Origin: Nannocystis sp. RBIL2
GTDB taxonomy: Bacteria; Myxococcota_A; Polyangia; Nannocystales; Nannocystaceae
Assembly: GCF_026626745.1 (NCBI RefSeq)
Contig: NZ_JAPNJW010000002.1
Span: 1,190,151 to 1,254,150 of the forward strand
Direction of reading: 5' to 3'
DNA: 64,000 bases
The position numbers and the translations under genes were made by a program. The notes below the pieces were generated by a model, which was given only the letters and a program-made list of their open reading frames with translations, had not been told where the DNA came from and did not search any database. Of this stretch, positions 37,961-47,008 are shown piece by piece (position 1 is the stretch's first letter; the number at the start of each line of letters is the position of its first letter).

Positions 37961-39058
37961 ATGCGCAGATTGGGATGGATGCTGGCGCTCGCGGCCTGCA
38001 CACCGACGCAGAACATGATGACCACCGGGTCACCGACGTCGACCACCGGCTCGACCACCGAGGACGAGGACACCGGCATCCAGACCGTCACCGGCCATCC
38101 GACCACCGTCGACACCGACGGCACCGCGACCACCGATCCCACCGACACCGGCGTCACCTCGCAAGGTCCCACCAGCGAGCCCACCACCTCCACCACCGAG
38201 CCCGTCGGCGAGTGCGGCAATGGCGTCCAGGAGGGCGACGAGCTGTGCGACGACGGCAACGCCGACGACCTCGACAGCTGCACCTCGAAGTGTCGGCCGC
38301 CCGAGTGCGGCGACGGCATCATGCACGAGGGTGAGGACTGCGACGACGGCAACCAGGACAGCACCGACGACTGCACCGCCGAGTGTCTGTTCCCGGTGTG
38401 CGGCGACGGCTGGGCCCAGCCCGGCGAAGAGTGCGACGACGGCAACACCAAGGACAACGACGCCTGCCTCGATGGTTGTGTCGCCGCCGCCTGCGGCGAC
38501 GGACTGATCTGGGACGGCGTCGAGGCCTGCGACGACGGCTTCAACGACAACAGCTACAACGGCTGCGCGCCCGGCTGCGGCAAGCTCGGCCCGCACTGCG
38601 GCGACGGCATCGTCGACAAGGTCGACATCAATCAGCCCAAGGGCTTCGAGTACTGCGACGACAAAGATCCGTTCGCCGGCGTCGGCTGCACCGAGGACTG
38701 CATCTACGACTTCTCGTCGGTCCCGCAGCTGTACTGCGCCGGCACCTGCTCGTGGGGCGGCGCGTCGGGCTGCGACCAGGCCGACGCCGACGTGTTCTGC
38801 AAGCTGCGCACCGGCGACCCCGCCGCGAAGGCCACCGCCTTCACGCTCGGGATGCCGCTCGAGGCCGGCGGCTTCCCGTGTTCGAACATCGGCGTCCCCA
38901 TCGAACTCGACGGCAAGGACCCCCGCATCTCGCTCGGTCCGCTCCCCGACTTCAACATCGCCAAGACCGTTTATTATCAGGTCGCCCAGATCAAGACCTC
39001 GCACGGCGGCAACGCCAGCTCGACCATCATCGGCGCCACGCTGAAGTGCTCGCCCTAG
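37961..39058 (+). CDS. lipoprotein with Myxococcus cysteine-rich repeats
   Basis: Lipobox LAAC; Thr-rich linker; at least 5 repeats of [16 protein letters not shown] (TIGR02232-type pattern). Confidence 0.8.
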   Translation: MRRLGWMLALAACTPTQNMMTTGSPTSTTGSTTEDEDTGIQTVTGHPTTVDTDGTATTDPTDTGVTSQGPTSEPTTSTTEPVGECGNGVQEGDELCDDGNADDLDSCTSKCRPPECGDGIMHEGEDCDDGNQDSTDDCTAECLFPVCGDGWAQPGEECDDGNTKDNDACLDGCVAAACGDGLIWDGVEACDDGFNDNSYNGCAPGCGKLGPHCGDGIVDKVDINQPKGFEYCDDKDPFAGVGCTEDCIYDFSSVPQLYCAGTCSWGGASGCDQADADVFCKLRTGDPAAKATAFTLGMPLEAGGFPCSNIGVPIELDGKDPRISLGPLPDFNIAKTVYYQVAQIKTSHGGNASSTIIGATLKCSP

Positions 39059-39274
39059 CCTCGCCCCGGGGTTGCTTCGCGTCGCCCTCGCGCCGGAGCC
39101 CGGGCGCGCGAGGGCATGGGAGCGCCGCTCGAAATGCCGCAGCCGCGGCAGTGGTACCGCCCCGGCGCGCGGTCCGGACCGCAGCGTCCTGAGCCATGCA
39201 GAACCTCGCTCGCCGCGGCTTCTCGCGTGCGACTTGCTTCAGGACCCGCGCCGCCTGAGACTTCTTCGAGCCGG

Positions 39275-40195
39275 ATGGGACCGTTCCGCCTCGAGACTCT
39301 CACCAGCCGCGACGTCCGGGACCGCCTCGAACGTCTCGAGCTACCGTTCAATCAATACGGCATGGATCCGTTCGGGATCTCCAAGAAGCACCTCGGCGTC
39401 TTCTATTCGATGCTCGAGGTCTTCTACAAAAATTACTTCCGGGTGAAGTGTTTCGGCATCGACAACGTGCCGGAGCGCGGCGGCGCGATGCTCGTCGGCA
39501 ACCACTCGGGCGGCCTGCCGGTCGACGGCGGCATGGTGCTCGCCTCGCTGTTCTTCGGCCGCGACCTCCCGCGCCACGCCACCGGCATGGTCGAGAAGTT
39601 CGCCGGCAACTGGCCCTTCGTCTCGGAGTGGTTCTCGCGCGTCGGTCAGCTCCCCGGCCTGCCCGAGCACGCCTTGCGGCTGCTGCAGGACGGCCGCCTG
39701 CTGATGATCTTCCCCGAGGGCGCGCGCGGCACCGGCAAGCTCTTCAAGGATCGCTACCGCCTGGTCCAGTTCGGCACCGGCTTCATGCGGATCGCCCTGC
39801 AGACCGGCGCGCCGATCGTCCCCTTCGCCTTCATCGGCGGCGAGGAAGCGCTCCCCACCATCTACCACGCCAAGACTCTGGCCAAGATCGTCGGCGCGCC
39901 CTACTGGCCGGTCCCTCCGTACCTCGTCCCGTTCCCGCTGCCGCTCGGCTGCGAGATCCACTACGGCAAGCCGATGCACTTCCCCGGCACCGGCCGCGAG
40001 CCCGACGAGGTCATCGAGGGCTACGTCGAGCAGGTCAAGAGCGTCGTCGAGCTGCTGGTCCTCCGCGGCTGCGCGCTCCACCGCCAGCGCACCGACGGAA
40101 CTTTCGCACAGGAACCCGAGGACAGCTCGTCCGGCTCGTCCTCCGCCGCGCCCGCCTCGACCTCCGGCCCGACCGACCCCGACTCCGAACCATGA
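39275..40195 (+). CDS. lysophospholipid (1-acyl-sn-glycerol-3-phosphate) acyltransferase family protein
   Basis: ORF 39116..40195, Met MGPFRLE at 39275; acyltransferase motifs VGNHSGGLPVDG and IFPEGARG. Confidence 0.75.
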   Translation: MGPFRLETLTSRDVRDRLERLELPFNQYGMDPFGISKKHLGVFYSMLEVFYKNYFRVKCFGIDNVPERGGAMLVGNHSGGLPVDGGMVLASLFFGRDLPRHATGMVEKFAGNWPFVSEWFSRVGQLPGLPEHALRLLQDGRLLMIFPEGARGTGKLFKDRYRLVQFGTGFMRIALQTGAPIVPFAFIGGEEALPTIYHAKTLAKIVGAPYWPVPPYLVPFPLPLGCEIHYGKPMHFPGTGREPDEVIEGYVEQVKSVVELLVLRGCALHRQRTDGTFAQEPEDSSSGSSSAAPASTSGPTDPDSEP

Positions 40196-41103
40196 AGATC
40201 CTGATCACCGGCATCAACGGCGCCCACGCGCGCATGGTCGCCCTGCGCCTGCGCGCCCGCGGCGACGAGATCCTCGGCATCGACCGCCGCCCCTGGCCCG
40301 ACGCGCCCGAGGGCGTGCACGTGTTCCAGACCGACGTGCGCAAGCGGCCGGCCGCCGACGTGTTCCGCCAGCACCGGCCCGACGTCGTCATCCACATGGC
40401 GACGATCACTCACTTCACCGCCAGCGCCGAGGAGCGGCTGCGCATCAACCTCCACGGCACGCGCCTCGTGTTCGAGTACTGCCACGAGTTCGGCGTCAAG
40501 CAGGCCGTGTTCGTCGGCCGCCACACGATCTACGGCGCCGCCCCCGACGCGCCGCTGTACCGCACCGAGGAGGAGCCGCCGCTGGCCGTCTCGACCTTCC
40601 CCGAGCTGGCCGACCTCGTCGCCGCCGACCTGTTCGCCGCCGCCGCGCTGTGGCGCTGGCCCGGGCTCAAGACCGCCGTCCTGCGCATGGTCTACATGCT
40701 CGGCCCGACGCACCGCGGCACCCTCGCCAGCTTCCTCGCCGGCCCGCGGGTGCCGATGATCCTCGGCTTCGATCCGCTCTACCACTTCATGCACGACGAG
40801 GACGGCGTCGAGGCGATCGTGCGCGCCGTCGATCACCAGCTCAACGGGATCTACAACGTCGCCGGCCCGCCGCCCGTCCCGCTGTCGACGCTGGCCCGCG
40901 GCACCGGCCGCCAGCCGATCCCGATCCCCGAGCCGCTCTTCAAGTACAGCGCCGGCCGCTTCGGCCTGCCCTACCTGCCGCCCGGCGCCGTCGCCCACAT
41001 CAAGCACCCGATCGTCGTCGACGCCACCGCCTTCCGCCGCGCCACCAACTTCGAGCACAAGCACGACGCCCACGCCGTCATGGTCAGCTTCCGCGAGTCC
41101 TGA
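40192..41103 (+). CDS. NAD-dependent epimerase/dehydratase family protein
   Basis: ATGA overlap with the upstream gene; MKILITGINGAHARMVALRL Rossmann start; SDR-like body. Confidence 0.75.
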   Translation: MKILITGINGAHARMVALRLRARGDEILGIDRRPWPDAPEGVHVFQTDVRKRPAADVFRQHRPDVVIHMATITHFTASAEERLRINLHGTRLVFEYCHEFGVKQAVFVGRHTIYGAAPDAPLYRTEEEPPLAVSTFPELADLVAADLFAAAALWRWPGLKTAVLRMVYMLGPTHRGTLASFLAGPRVPMILGFDPLYHFMHDEDGVEAIVRAVDHQLNGIYNVAGPPPVPLSTLARGTGRQPIPIPEPLFKYSAGRFGLPYLPPGAVAHIKHPIVVDATAFRRATNFEHKHDAHAVMVSFRES

Positions 41104-41150
41104 AGGACATGTCGCGGTGGACATGTCGTGACAGACATGTCCCTCAGGAC
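41104..41150. repeat. cluster of GGACATGTC elements
   Basis: AGGACATGTCgcggtGGACATGTCgtgacAGACATGTCCCTCAGGAC. Confidence 0.75.
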
Positions 41151-41878
41151 CCGCGGTAGGTCCCCGGCCGGTAGCGCAGCAGCGCCACCTCGAACGCCTC
41201 GAAGTGCTCGGCCAGCAGCTCGACCCGGCGCACCAGCACCGCCAATTCGACCGGTGCCAGCCGCGGACCCCGTCCCGCCGCGCGCCTGGCCGGCAGCGCG
41301 GGGTTGTCCACGGGGCCGTCCGCCGGGCCGGCGTCGAGCGCCTCGCCGAGCAGCACCGCCTCGACGTCATGGGTCGAGATCCCGACGTGGGCGATCAGCT
41401 CGCGCTCCTCGGGCCCGAGCTCGCGGACGCTGCGGATCCAGCTCCACACCCAGGCGTCGATCGCCGCGTCGGCCGGGTCGGCGGCCTCGACCGCGAGCCG
41501 CAGCGCGCGTGTCTCTCGGGCCAGCTCGGCCACGCGAGGCGGCAGGTGGTCGAGGGCCAGCGCCGCGTCTGCGCCCGCCAGCGCTTGCCGCTCCATCATC
41601 GGCAGCGGGCGAGCGAGCACCCCGGAGAACGACGCGAACGCGATCGTCCCCAGCGTGCTCGCGAAAAACACCAGCTCGAGCGGGTCAAACACCCCACGGA
41701 TGAGCGCGGTGACGACGACCGCGATCGTCGACACGACCGCCCAGATCGCCAGGATCTTCGCTCGCCGGCGGCGCTCGAGCCGACGCGTCTCGATCGCCGC
41801 AGCGAGCCGCTGGTGGCGAGCGGTGCGCGTCTGCGCACGAATGCTAATCGCCGCCTCGTCGCCTCGATCACCTGGCAC
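41144..41878 (-). CDS. hypothetical membrane protein (two N-terminal TM helices)
   Basis: GTG start; TM segments ILAIWAVVSTIAVVVTALI and LVFFASTLGTIAFASF; the plus-strand ORFs here are Arg/Pro-rich shadows. Confidence 0.5.
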   Translation of the reverse strand: MPGDRGDEAAISIRAQTRTARHQRLAAAIETRRLERRRRAKILAIWAVVSTIAVVVTALIRGVFDPLELVFFASTLGTIAFASFSGVLARPLPMMERQALAGADAALALDHLPPRVAELARETRALRLAVEAADPADAAIDAWVWSWIRSVRELGPEERELIAHVGISTHDVEAVLLGEALDAGPADGPVDNPALPARRAAGRGPRLAPVELAVLVRRVELLAEHFEAFEVALLRYRPGTYRGS

Positions 41879-42049
41879 CGACCGCAGCGTAGATCACACT
41901 CGCGTCGGCGGCAGTGCCTTGGGTGCCTTCACCCCCGGGAGTTTCTCCGAGCAACCCCGAACTTCCGTGCTCGCCGCAAGACACGTTAGAATCACCGCGC
42001 GCGCCCCGGTCTACGGAGCGTGCCCCTTCCCTCGCTCGCAGGAGTCCCC

Positions 42050-42802
42050 ATGACCCAGGCCACCACCTCGGACCGTCCCCTGCCTGTCACTACTGGTCGT
42101 CGCCGACGTCGCTTCGGCCTCGCCACCGCGGCGCTCGGCGCCGCCCTCCTCGGCAGCACGGTCGCCCCCTCGAACGCTGAAGCGGCCGTTCCTCGAGTGC
42201 TGCGACCAGGCACCCGCCCGATGCAGTTCCTGTTCGGCCTCGGCCCCTCGTGGGGCATCGGCGGTTCGTCGCACTACTACGACGCCGGCTACTACGGCCC
42301 CGGCTGCGGAGCACCCGGCTTCCCGTGTCGCTACGGCGGCTTCGGCTACTGGGGCTCGTTCAAGCTGACCCAGGAGTTCAGCGGCCACTTCAGCGGCAAC
42401 GCCTCCGGCCCGGCGCTGGGCGTCCTCCTCAACGAGGAGTTCGGCTACCGCCGCTTCGGCTTCGTCATCGCGCCCAAGTTCACCTACGACATCCAGGTCA
42501 AGCGCGACCTCGGCCTCTACATCTCGCCGAACGTCTCGCTGGGCTACCAGCTGCTGTCGGACCGCTGGAACTACTACAACGGCGCCTACTACCACTACAC
42601 GAACCACGCCGCGAACCTGCAGTTCGGCGTCGGTCTCAAGCTCATGCTCGACGACCGCTGGATCGTGTGGCTGCAGTTCCCGCAGTTCGACATGAGCTTC
42701 GGCCCGCGCTACGGCTACGGCTGCGGCGCCGCCCCAGGCGCCTGCCCGGCCTTCTTCATCGCCCGCCTGAACCTCCTGCTCGGCGGCGGCGTGTCGTTCT
42801 GA
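42050..42802 (+). CDS. secreted Gly/Tyr-rich protein, possible outer-membrane beta-barrel
   Basis: ORF 42020..42802, Met at 42050 after GGAG; signal peptide ending SNAEAAVP; aromatic and Gly-rich alternating pattern; terminal ...GVSF. Confidence 0.55.
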   Translation: MTQATTSDRPLPVTTGRRRRRFGLATAALGAALLGSTVAPSNAEAAVPRVLRPGTRPMQFLFGLGPSWGIGGSSHYYDAGYYGPGCGAPGFPCRYGGFGYWGSFKLTQEFSGHFSGNASGPALGVLLNEEFGYRRFGFVIAPKFTYDIQVKRDLGLYISPNVSLGYQLLSDRWNYYNGAYYHYTNHAANLQFGVGLKLMLDDRWIVWLQFPQFDMSFGPRYGYGCGAAPGACPAFFIARLNLLLGGGVSF

Positions 42803-42813
42803 GCGAGCCGCGC

Positions 42814-43695
42814 GTGCCCAGCGGCGCGTCTCCCCTCGCTCGCCCGGTCGCCGTCGTCGGCGCCGGCTTCCTCGGCGCCCCCGTCGCTGCCGCGCTCGCG
42901 GCGACCGGGGGCGCTGGCGATCCGCCTGTCCTTGCGACCACGCGCTCCGGGACATGGCCCAACGGACATGTCCCGGAGGGCATCGAGCTCCGCCCGCTCG
43001 ACGTCGCCGCGCTCACCCCTGCCGACATCGCCGCGGTCCTCGCCGACGCGCGTGCGCTGGTCGTCTGCTACGCCCCCGGCCAGCAGCAGGACCGCCGCGA
43101 GCTCTACGTCGAGGGCACCCGTCGGCTGCTCGCGGCCGCAGTCACCCTCCCGCTCACCCGCCTCGTCTACGTCTCATCCACCTCGGCCCTGCCCGACCGC
43201 GATGGCTGGCTCGACGACGACTGCCTCGAGTGGCCCGAAGAGCCGCGGGGCCGCGTGCAGCGCGAGGCCGAGGAGCTGGTGCGCGACACCTGCACGCGCC
43301 ATGCGGTGCCGTGGACGATCCTCCGTCTCGGCGGCCTCTACGGTCCGGGTCGCGAGCTGTTCCGCCTCTACCGCGGCGCCGGCGACGACGCAGTCCTGGC
43401 GGGCGACGGCATGCAGCCGACCAACCTCATCCACTGCGAGGACGCAGTGCAGGCCGTCCTCGCCGCCTTGACCCTCGCGCCGGACGAGCGCGGCGTCATC
43501 AACGTCGTCGACGACGACCACACCCCGCGGCGTGAGATCTTCGCTCGCCTCGCCGCCCTCGCCGGACGGCCGCCCCCCCGATGGGAGCGGCCCGCGGGTC
43601 CGGCCGCGATCGGCAAGCGGGTCGGCAACGCGCGCCTGAAGACGCTGCTGCGCGTGGCCCTCCGGCATCCCTCTCACACCCCGGCGAGCCCCTGA
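42814..43695 (+). CDS. NAD(P)-binding Rossmann-fold protein (SDR/epimerase-like)
   Basis: GTG start at 42814 in the frame of ORF 42250..43695; VAVVGAGFLG motif; carries an in-frame hairpin element at 42947-42976. Confidence 0.6.
   Translation: MPSGASPLARPVAVVGAGFLGAPVAAALAATGGAGDPPVLATTRSGTWPNGHVPEGIELRPLDVAALTPADIAAVLADARALVVCYAPGQQQDRRELYVEGTRRLLAAAVTLPLTRLVYVSSTSALPDRDGWLDDDCLEWPEEPRGRVQREAEELVRDTCTRHAVPWTILRLGGLYGPGRELFRLYRGAGDDAVLAGDGMQPTNLIHCEDAVQAVLAALTLAPDERGVINVVDDDHTPRREIFARLAALAGRPPPRWERPAGPAAIGKRVGNARLKTLLRVALRHPSHTPASP
42947..42976. repeat. perfect 10-bp stem hairpin CCGGGACATG-N10-CATGTCCCGG inside a CDS (in-frame)
   Basis: Encodes SGTWPNGHVPEG within the NAD(P)-binding protein. 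Confidence 0.75.
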
Positions 43696-43737
43696 TCTTG
43701 CGTGCCTCGGGCGGGTGGTTAAACCCCTGAGCACGCC

Positions 43738-44637
43738 ATGAACGTCGCCGCCGCCGTCACCCACCTCCTTCCTCTCCCGGCCGGTGGCGGCGTCGCCGCC
43801 CCTCTTGATGTGGTGGAGCTCCAGTCCGAGCTCGACGTCCTCGCCGACGAGGCCCTGCGCGCGCGCCGCCAGGGCCTTTCTTTGTTGACCGCGGTCCGCG
43901 ACCCGCGTTTCCCGGCCCTCCAGGGCTTCCACCAGGGCCTGCGCGACGCCCTCTTCCTCGAGATACCGGAAGAGCTGGAGCCGTGGGCCCGGCTCGCCGC
44001 CAACGGAGCCGGCAATCCGCCGCTGCAGCACATGCTCTTCGACTTCGCCCGCGGCGGCGACGAGGACGACCGGCGCAGCGCCCTCCAGGCTGCCCTGGCC
44101 GAGCTGCTGGTGTTCGAGGCCATCCGCCTGCGCCTGTTCGTCACCGCCTTCCGCGGCGAGGAGTTCGAGGTCGTCGGCGGCGAGGAGTCCGACGTCGACG
44201 CGATCGCCTACACCGAGGTCGCGACGCTCCTCCACCGCCCCGAGCTCGCCGATCCCGAGGTCCGCCCGCTGACCGTCCTGCTCGCGTCCGCCTCGGTCTC
44301 GCTCGCCCGCGACGCCCAGTCGCGCGCCGAGGAGCTGCGCGACACCGGCGAGGACACCCGCGAGGAGCTGCGCATGCGCGCCCGCCTCCGCGCCGCCCTC
44401 CGCGAGCTCCGCCTGCCCGAGGCCGTCCTGCTGGAGAACGCCCTGGCCGCGCTGCTGGGCGAGGAGCGGCGCGAGCTCACCGAACTGCAGGCCGAGCGGC
44501 CCGTCGCCCTCGACGGCATGACTCGCCAGGCCATGGACCAGCGGGTCTCTCGCGGTCGGCGAGCGCTCGCCCACCCGCGCTCGACGTGGCCCCGCCGCCG
44601 CCGCCCGGCCCTGTTCGATCTGCTCCAGCGCGCCTGA
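43738..44637 (+). CDS. hypothetical protein
   Basis: High GC3 in the + frame; the 466-aa minus-strand ORF 43174..44574 is a G/R/A-rich shadow. Confidence 0.5.
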   Translation: MNVAAAVTHLLPLPAGGGVAAPLDVVELQSELDVLADEALRARRQGLSLLTAVRDPRFPALQGFHQGLRDALFLEIPEELEPWARLAANGAGNPPLQHMLFDFARGGDEDDRRSALQAALAELLVFEAIRLRLFVTAFRGEEFEVVGGEESDVDAIAYTEVATLLHRPELADPEVRPLTVLLASASVSLARDAQSRAEELRDTGEDTREELRMRARLRAALRELRLPEAVLLENALAALLGEERRELTELQAERPVALDGMTRQAMDQRVSRGRRALAHPRSTWPRRRRPALFDLLQRA

Positions 44638-45125
44638 GCCAAACGAAAGCGCGACGGCTCAGCGGCGCCAGCGCCTGTAAATCAAGATTAGAAGCTCTGC
44701 TTCGAGTCGCACCGCTGTTCGAAGCAGAGTTGACCTACTGCGCCCGAGACGATCGAGGGCGCAGCAGACCCGACAGCAGGCCAGCGGCTTCGCGTCGAGC
44801 TATCCGCTCCGTGAGGCTCACGTGCGCCTCGTTGGACGGCCCCTGGCCTGACTGCCTCCCTGCGTCGTTCGAAGCATCCTCGCTCCGGCAACACGCGTTC
44901 GCTGTGGCGCTCGCCGGTCCGCGCGCAGCGGAGCATCGCCTGTACCTCCCGGGATCGCCACCGAGCCGGCGCGAACCGACGAACCGCCGCTGACGACGAG
45001 CGCCGGCCTCGAGGCCCTGGAGCCGCGGCTTCAGGGGCGCGTCGTGCGTGCGAGGTCGACGTCACGGATCTCGCCTCGCGAACGGGTTCACGGCGGGCGC
45101 GACCCTGGTATGCTCCGCGCCCGCC

Positions 45126-45662
45126 ATGGCCGCCCCACCCGAACCCACACGCGGACCGCGGATCGCCCTCGCAGCGGTGATCGCCGGTCTCAGCCTCGGC
45201 CTCGACCTTTGGAGTAAGGCGTGGGTCTGGAACAATTTGCGGGACCAGGCCGCCTGGAAGGTCAGCGACAAGCTGCTGCACTTCGACTTCGCCTGCAATC
45301 CCGGCTCTGCCTTCGGCTTCCTCAACGACGTCGACTGGGCGCGCTACTTCTTCATCGTCATCACCCTGGCCGCGGTCGGCTACCTCGTCCACCTCGCGCG
45401 GACCTTGCCGACCACCAGCCGGGCCGCCTTCATCGCCATCGGCCTGATCGCCGGCGGCGCCCTCGGCAACCTGCACGACCGCCTGGTCCGGGTCTACGCC
45501 GGCGACTACTGCGTGGTCGACTTCATCGTCGTCTACCTGTGGGGCGGCAAGACCTGGCCGGCCTTCAACATCGCCGACGCCGTCCTGGTCGCGGGCGTGC
45601 TGTTGTTCCTGCTCGTGCTGCCGCGCACCGAGGCCGCCGCCGACAATCGGACCGCCGCCTGA
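45126..45662 (+). CDS. lspA: lipoprotein signal peptidase II, copy 1
   Basis: ORF 45048..45662, Met MAAPPEP at 45126; LspA signatures NPGSAFGF, GGALGNLHDRL, FNIADA; 4 TM segments. Confidence 0.85.
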   Translation: MAAPPEPTRGPRIALAAVIAGLSLGLDLWSKAWVWNNLRDQAAWKVSDKLLHFDFACNPGSAFGFLNDVDWARYFFIVITLAAVGYLVHLARTLPTTSRAAFIAIGLIAGGALGNLHDRLVRVYAGDYCVVDFIVVYLWGGKTWPAFNIADAVLVAGVLLFLLVLPRTEAAADNRTAA

Positions 45663-45985
45663 GCCTCGTGCGGCCCCAAGCGTCGAGGCAACCATCTGCC
45701 TGAGTCTCTTGCGGCCACCCCCGACAATCGGACCTCCGCCTGAGCCGCGAGCTCTCGCGCCGCGAGGCAGCCGTCATCGGACCTTCGCCCGGACCCTCGA
45801 GCTGCCCCTCAGGGCACCGAGGCGGCGCCCGACAATCGGGCCTCAGCCTGAGCCATGAGCTCTCGCCCCGAGGCAGCCGTCATCGGACCTTCGCCCGAAC
45901 CATCGAGCTCCCGCCCCAGGGCACCGCGGCCACCCCCGGACCTCCCCTCAGCCTCGAGCTCCCGCTCCGGACCTGCCTCGTCCTG
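45636..45985. repeat. tandem repeat (about 110 nt x2 plus partial copies) seeded from the 3' end of lspA copy 1
   Basis: CCGACAATCGGACC(G/T)CCGCCTGAGCC occurs at 45643 (last codons of lspA), 45722 and 45836; full units 45717-45828 and 45829-45934. Confidence 0.8.
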
Positions 45986-46160
45986 CTGCGCCCCGGGCCG
46001 CCGCCGGTCGAACCCGCCAGAGCACCGCGGCAACCGCGCTACCGAACCCGCAACCCTGCCCGGCAGCCCTTCGGACCGTCTCTGCGGCCCGCGGCGCAGC
46101 GGTGGCTGCGCTTGCTCGCCCTGGTGCCTCGGGTACACTGGCCAGGTTTTTCGGCCCTAC

Positions 46161-46745
46161 ATGAGCGACACGCCAGCATCGAACCGGCTCCGGCCGATCC
46201 TCGTCACCGCGTCCGCAGCCGCGGTGTTTCTGATCCTCGATCTCGTGACCAAGAGCTGGGCCTGGGACAACCTCCGGCCGCCGAACCGGCAGATTGCCGC
46301 GATCGGCAACTGGTTCCACTGGTCCTACAGCTTCAACACCGGCTCCGCCTTCGGCTTCCTGCGCGGCCAGGACTTCTCGCGTCCCCTGTTCATCGTCGTC
46401 ACCCTCGTGACGGTGGTCTACATGGCCGCCCTCGTCCGCAAGCTGCCGACCGACCGCCTCTACGGCTTCTTCGCCATCGGCTGCATCATCGGCGGCGCCC
46501 TCGGCAACATGCACGACCGCCTGCTGCGCCAGGACTCCGACCCCCACGGCAACCTCACCCACGGCGTGGTCGACTTCATCCGCGTCTGCTCCCCGTGGAA
46601 CCCTCGCGGTCTGTGCTGGCCGAACTTCAACGTCGCCGACATCGCCCTCGTCGTCGGCGTCCTGCTGCTCATCCCTTACTTGATGTTCCACGCGCAACCG
46701 CCGGAAATCAAAGAAAATACGCCCGATGCAAAGCCCGCCAGCTGA
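46161..46745 (+). CDS. lspA: lipoprotein signal peptidase II, copy 2 (paralogue)
   Basis: ORF 45855..46745 trimmed to Met MSDTPASNRL at 46161 (the upstream part runs through the tandem repeats); NTGSAFGF, GGALGNMHDRL, FNVADIA. Confidence 0.85.
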   Translation: MSDTPASNRLRPILVTASAAAVFLILDLVTKSWAWDNLRPPNRQIAAIGNWFHWSYSFNTGSAFGFLRGQDFSRPLFIVVTLVTVVYMAALVRKLPTDRLYGFFAIGCIIGGALGNMHDRLLRQDSDPHGNLTHGVVDFIRVCSPWNPRGLCWPNFNVADIALVVGVLLLIPYLMFHAQPPEIKENTPDAKPAS

Positions 46746-47008
46746 GCCGCGGTCGGGGCCCCGACTTCTCGAAGCGAAGCGCCCCCCAGTCGCTCTTGAA
46801 CCCAGGGCAAGGCCCTCCCACCGGAGCCGCAGTCGCGCCGCCGGCTCCGGGCAAGGCGACACCTGAACCTCGTCGGCCGCCCAATCCGCAGGCGGCAGCG
46901 CTGCGGGCGGCGATTTGATGAGCCCCCCGTTCCTCGCCCCGGAAGCTCCGCGGCTCACCGAGCACTCGCCACCGCCTGTGGAGTCCGCCCAGCCCTGAAG
47001 CCGGCCGC

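Noticed and set aside
45855-46160. 102-codon N-terminal extension of lspA copy 2 (ORF 45855..46745)
   Set aside because: The extension is made of the about 110-bp tandem repeats, has no signal-peptidase homology, and LspA homology starts at the internal Met at 46161.
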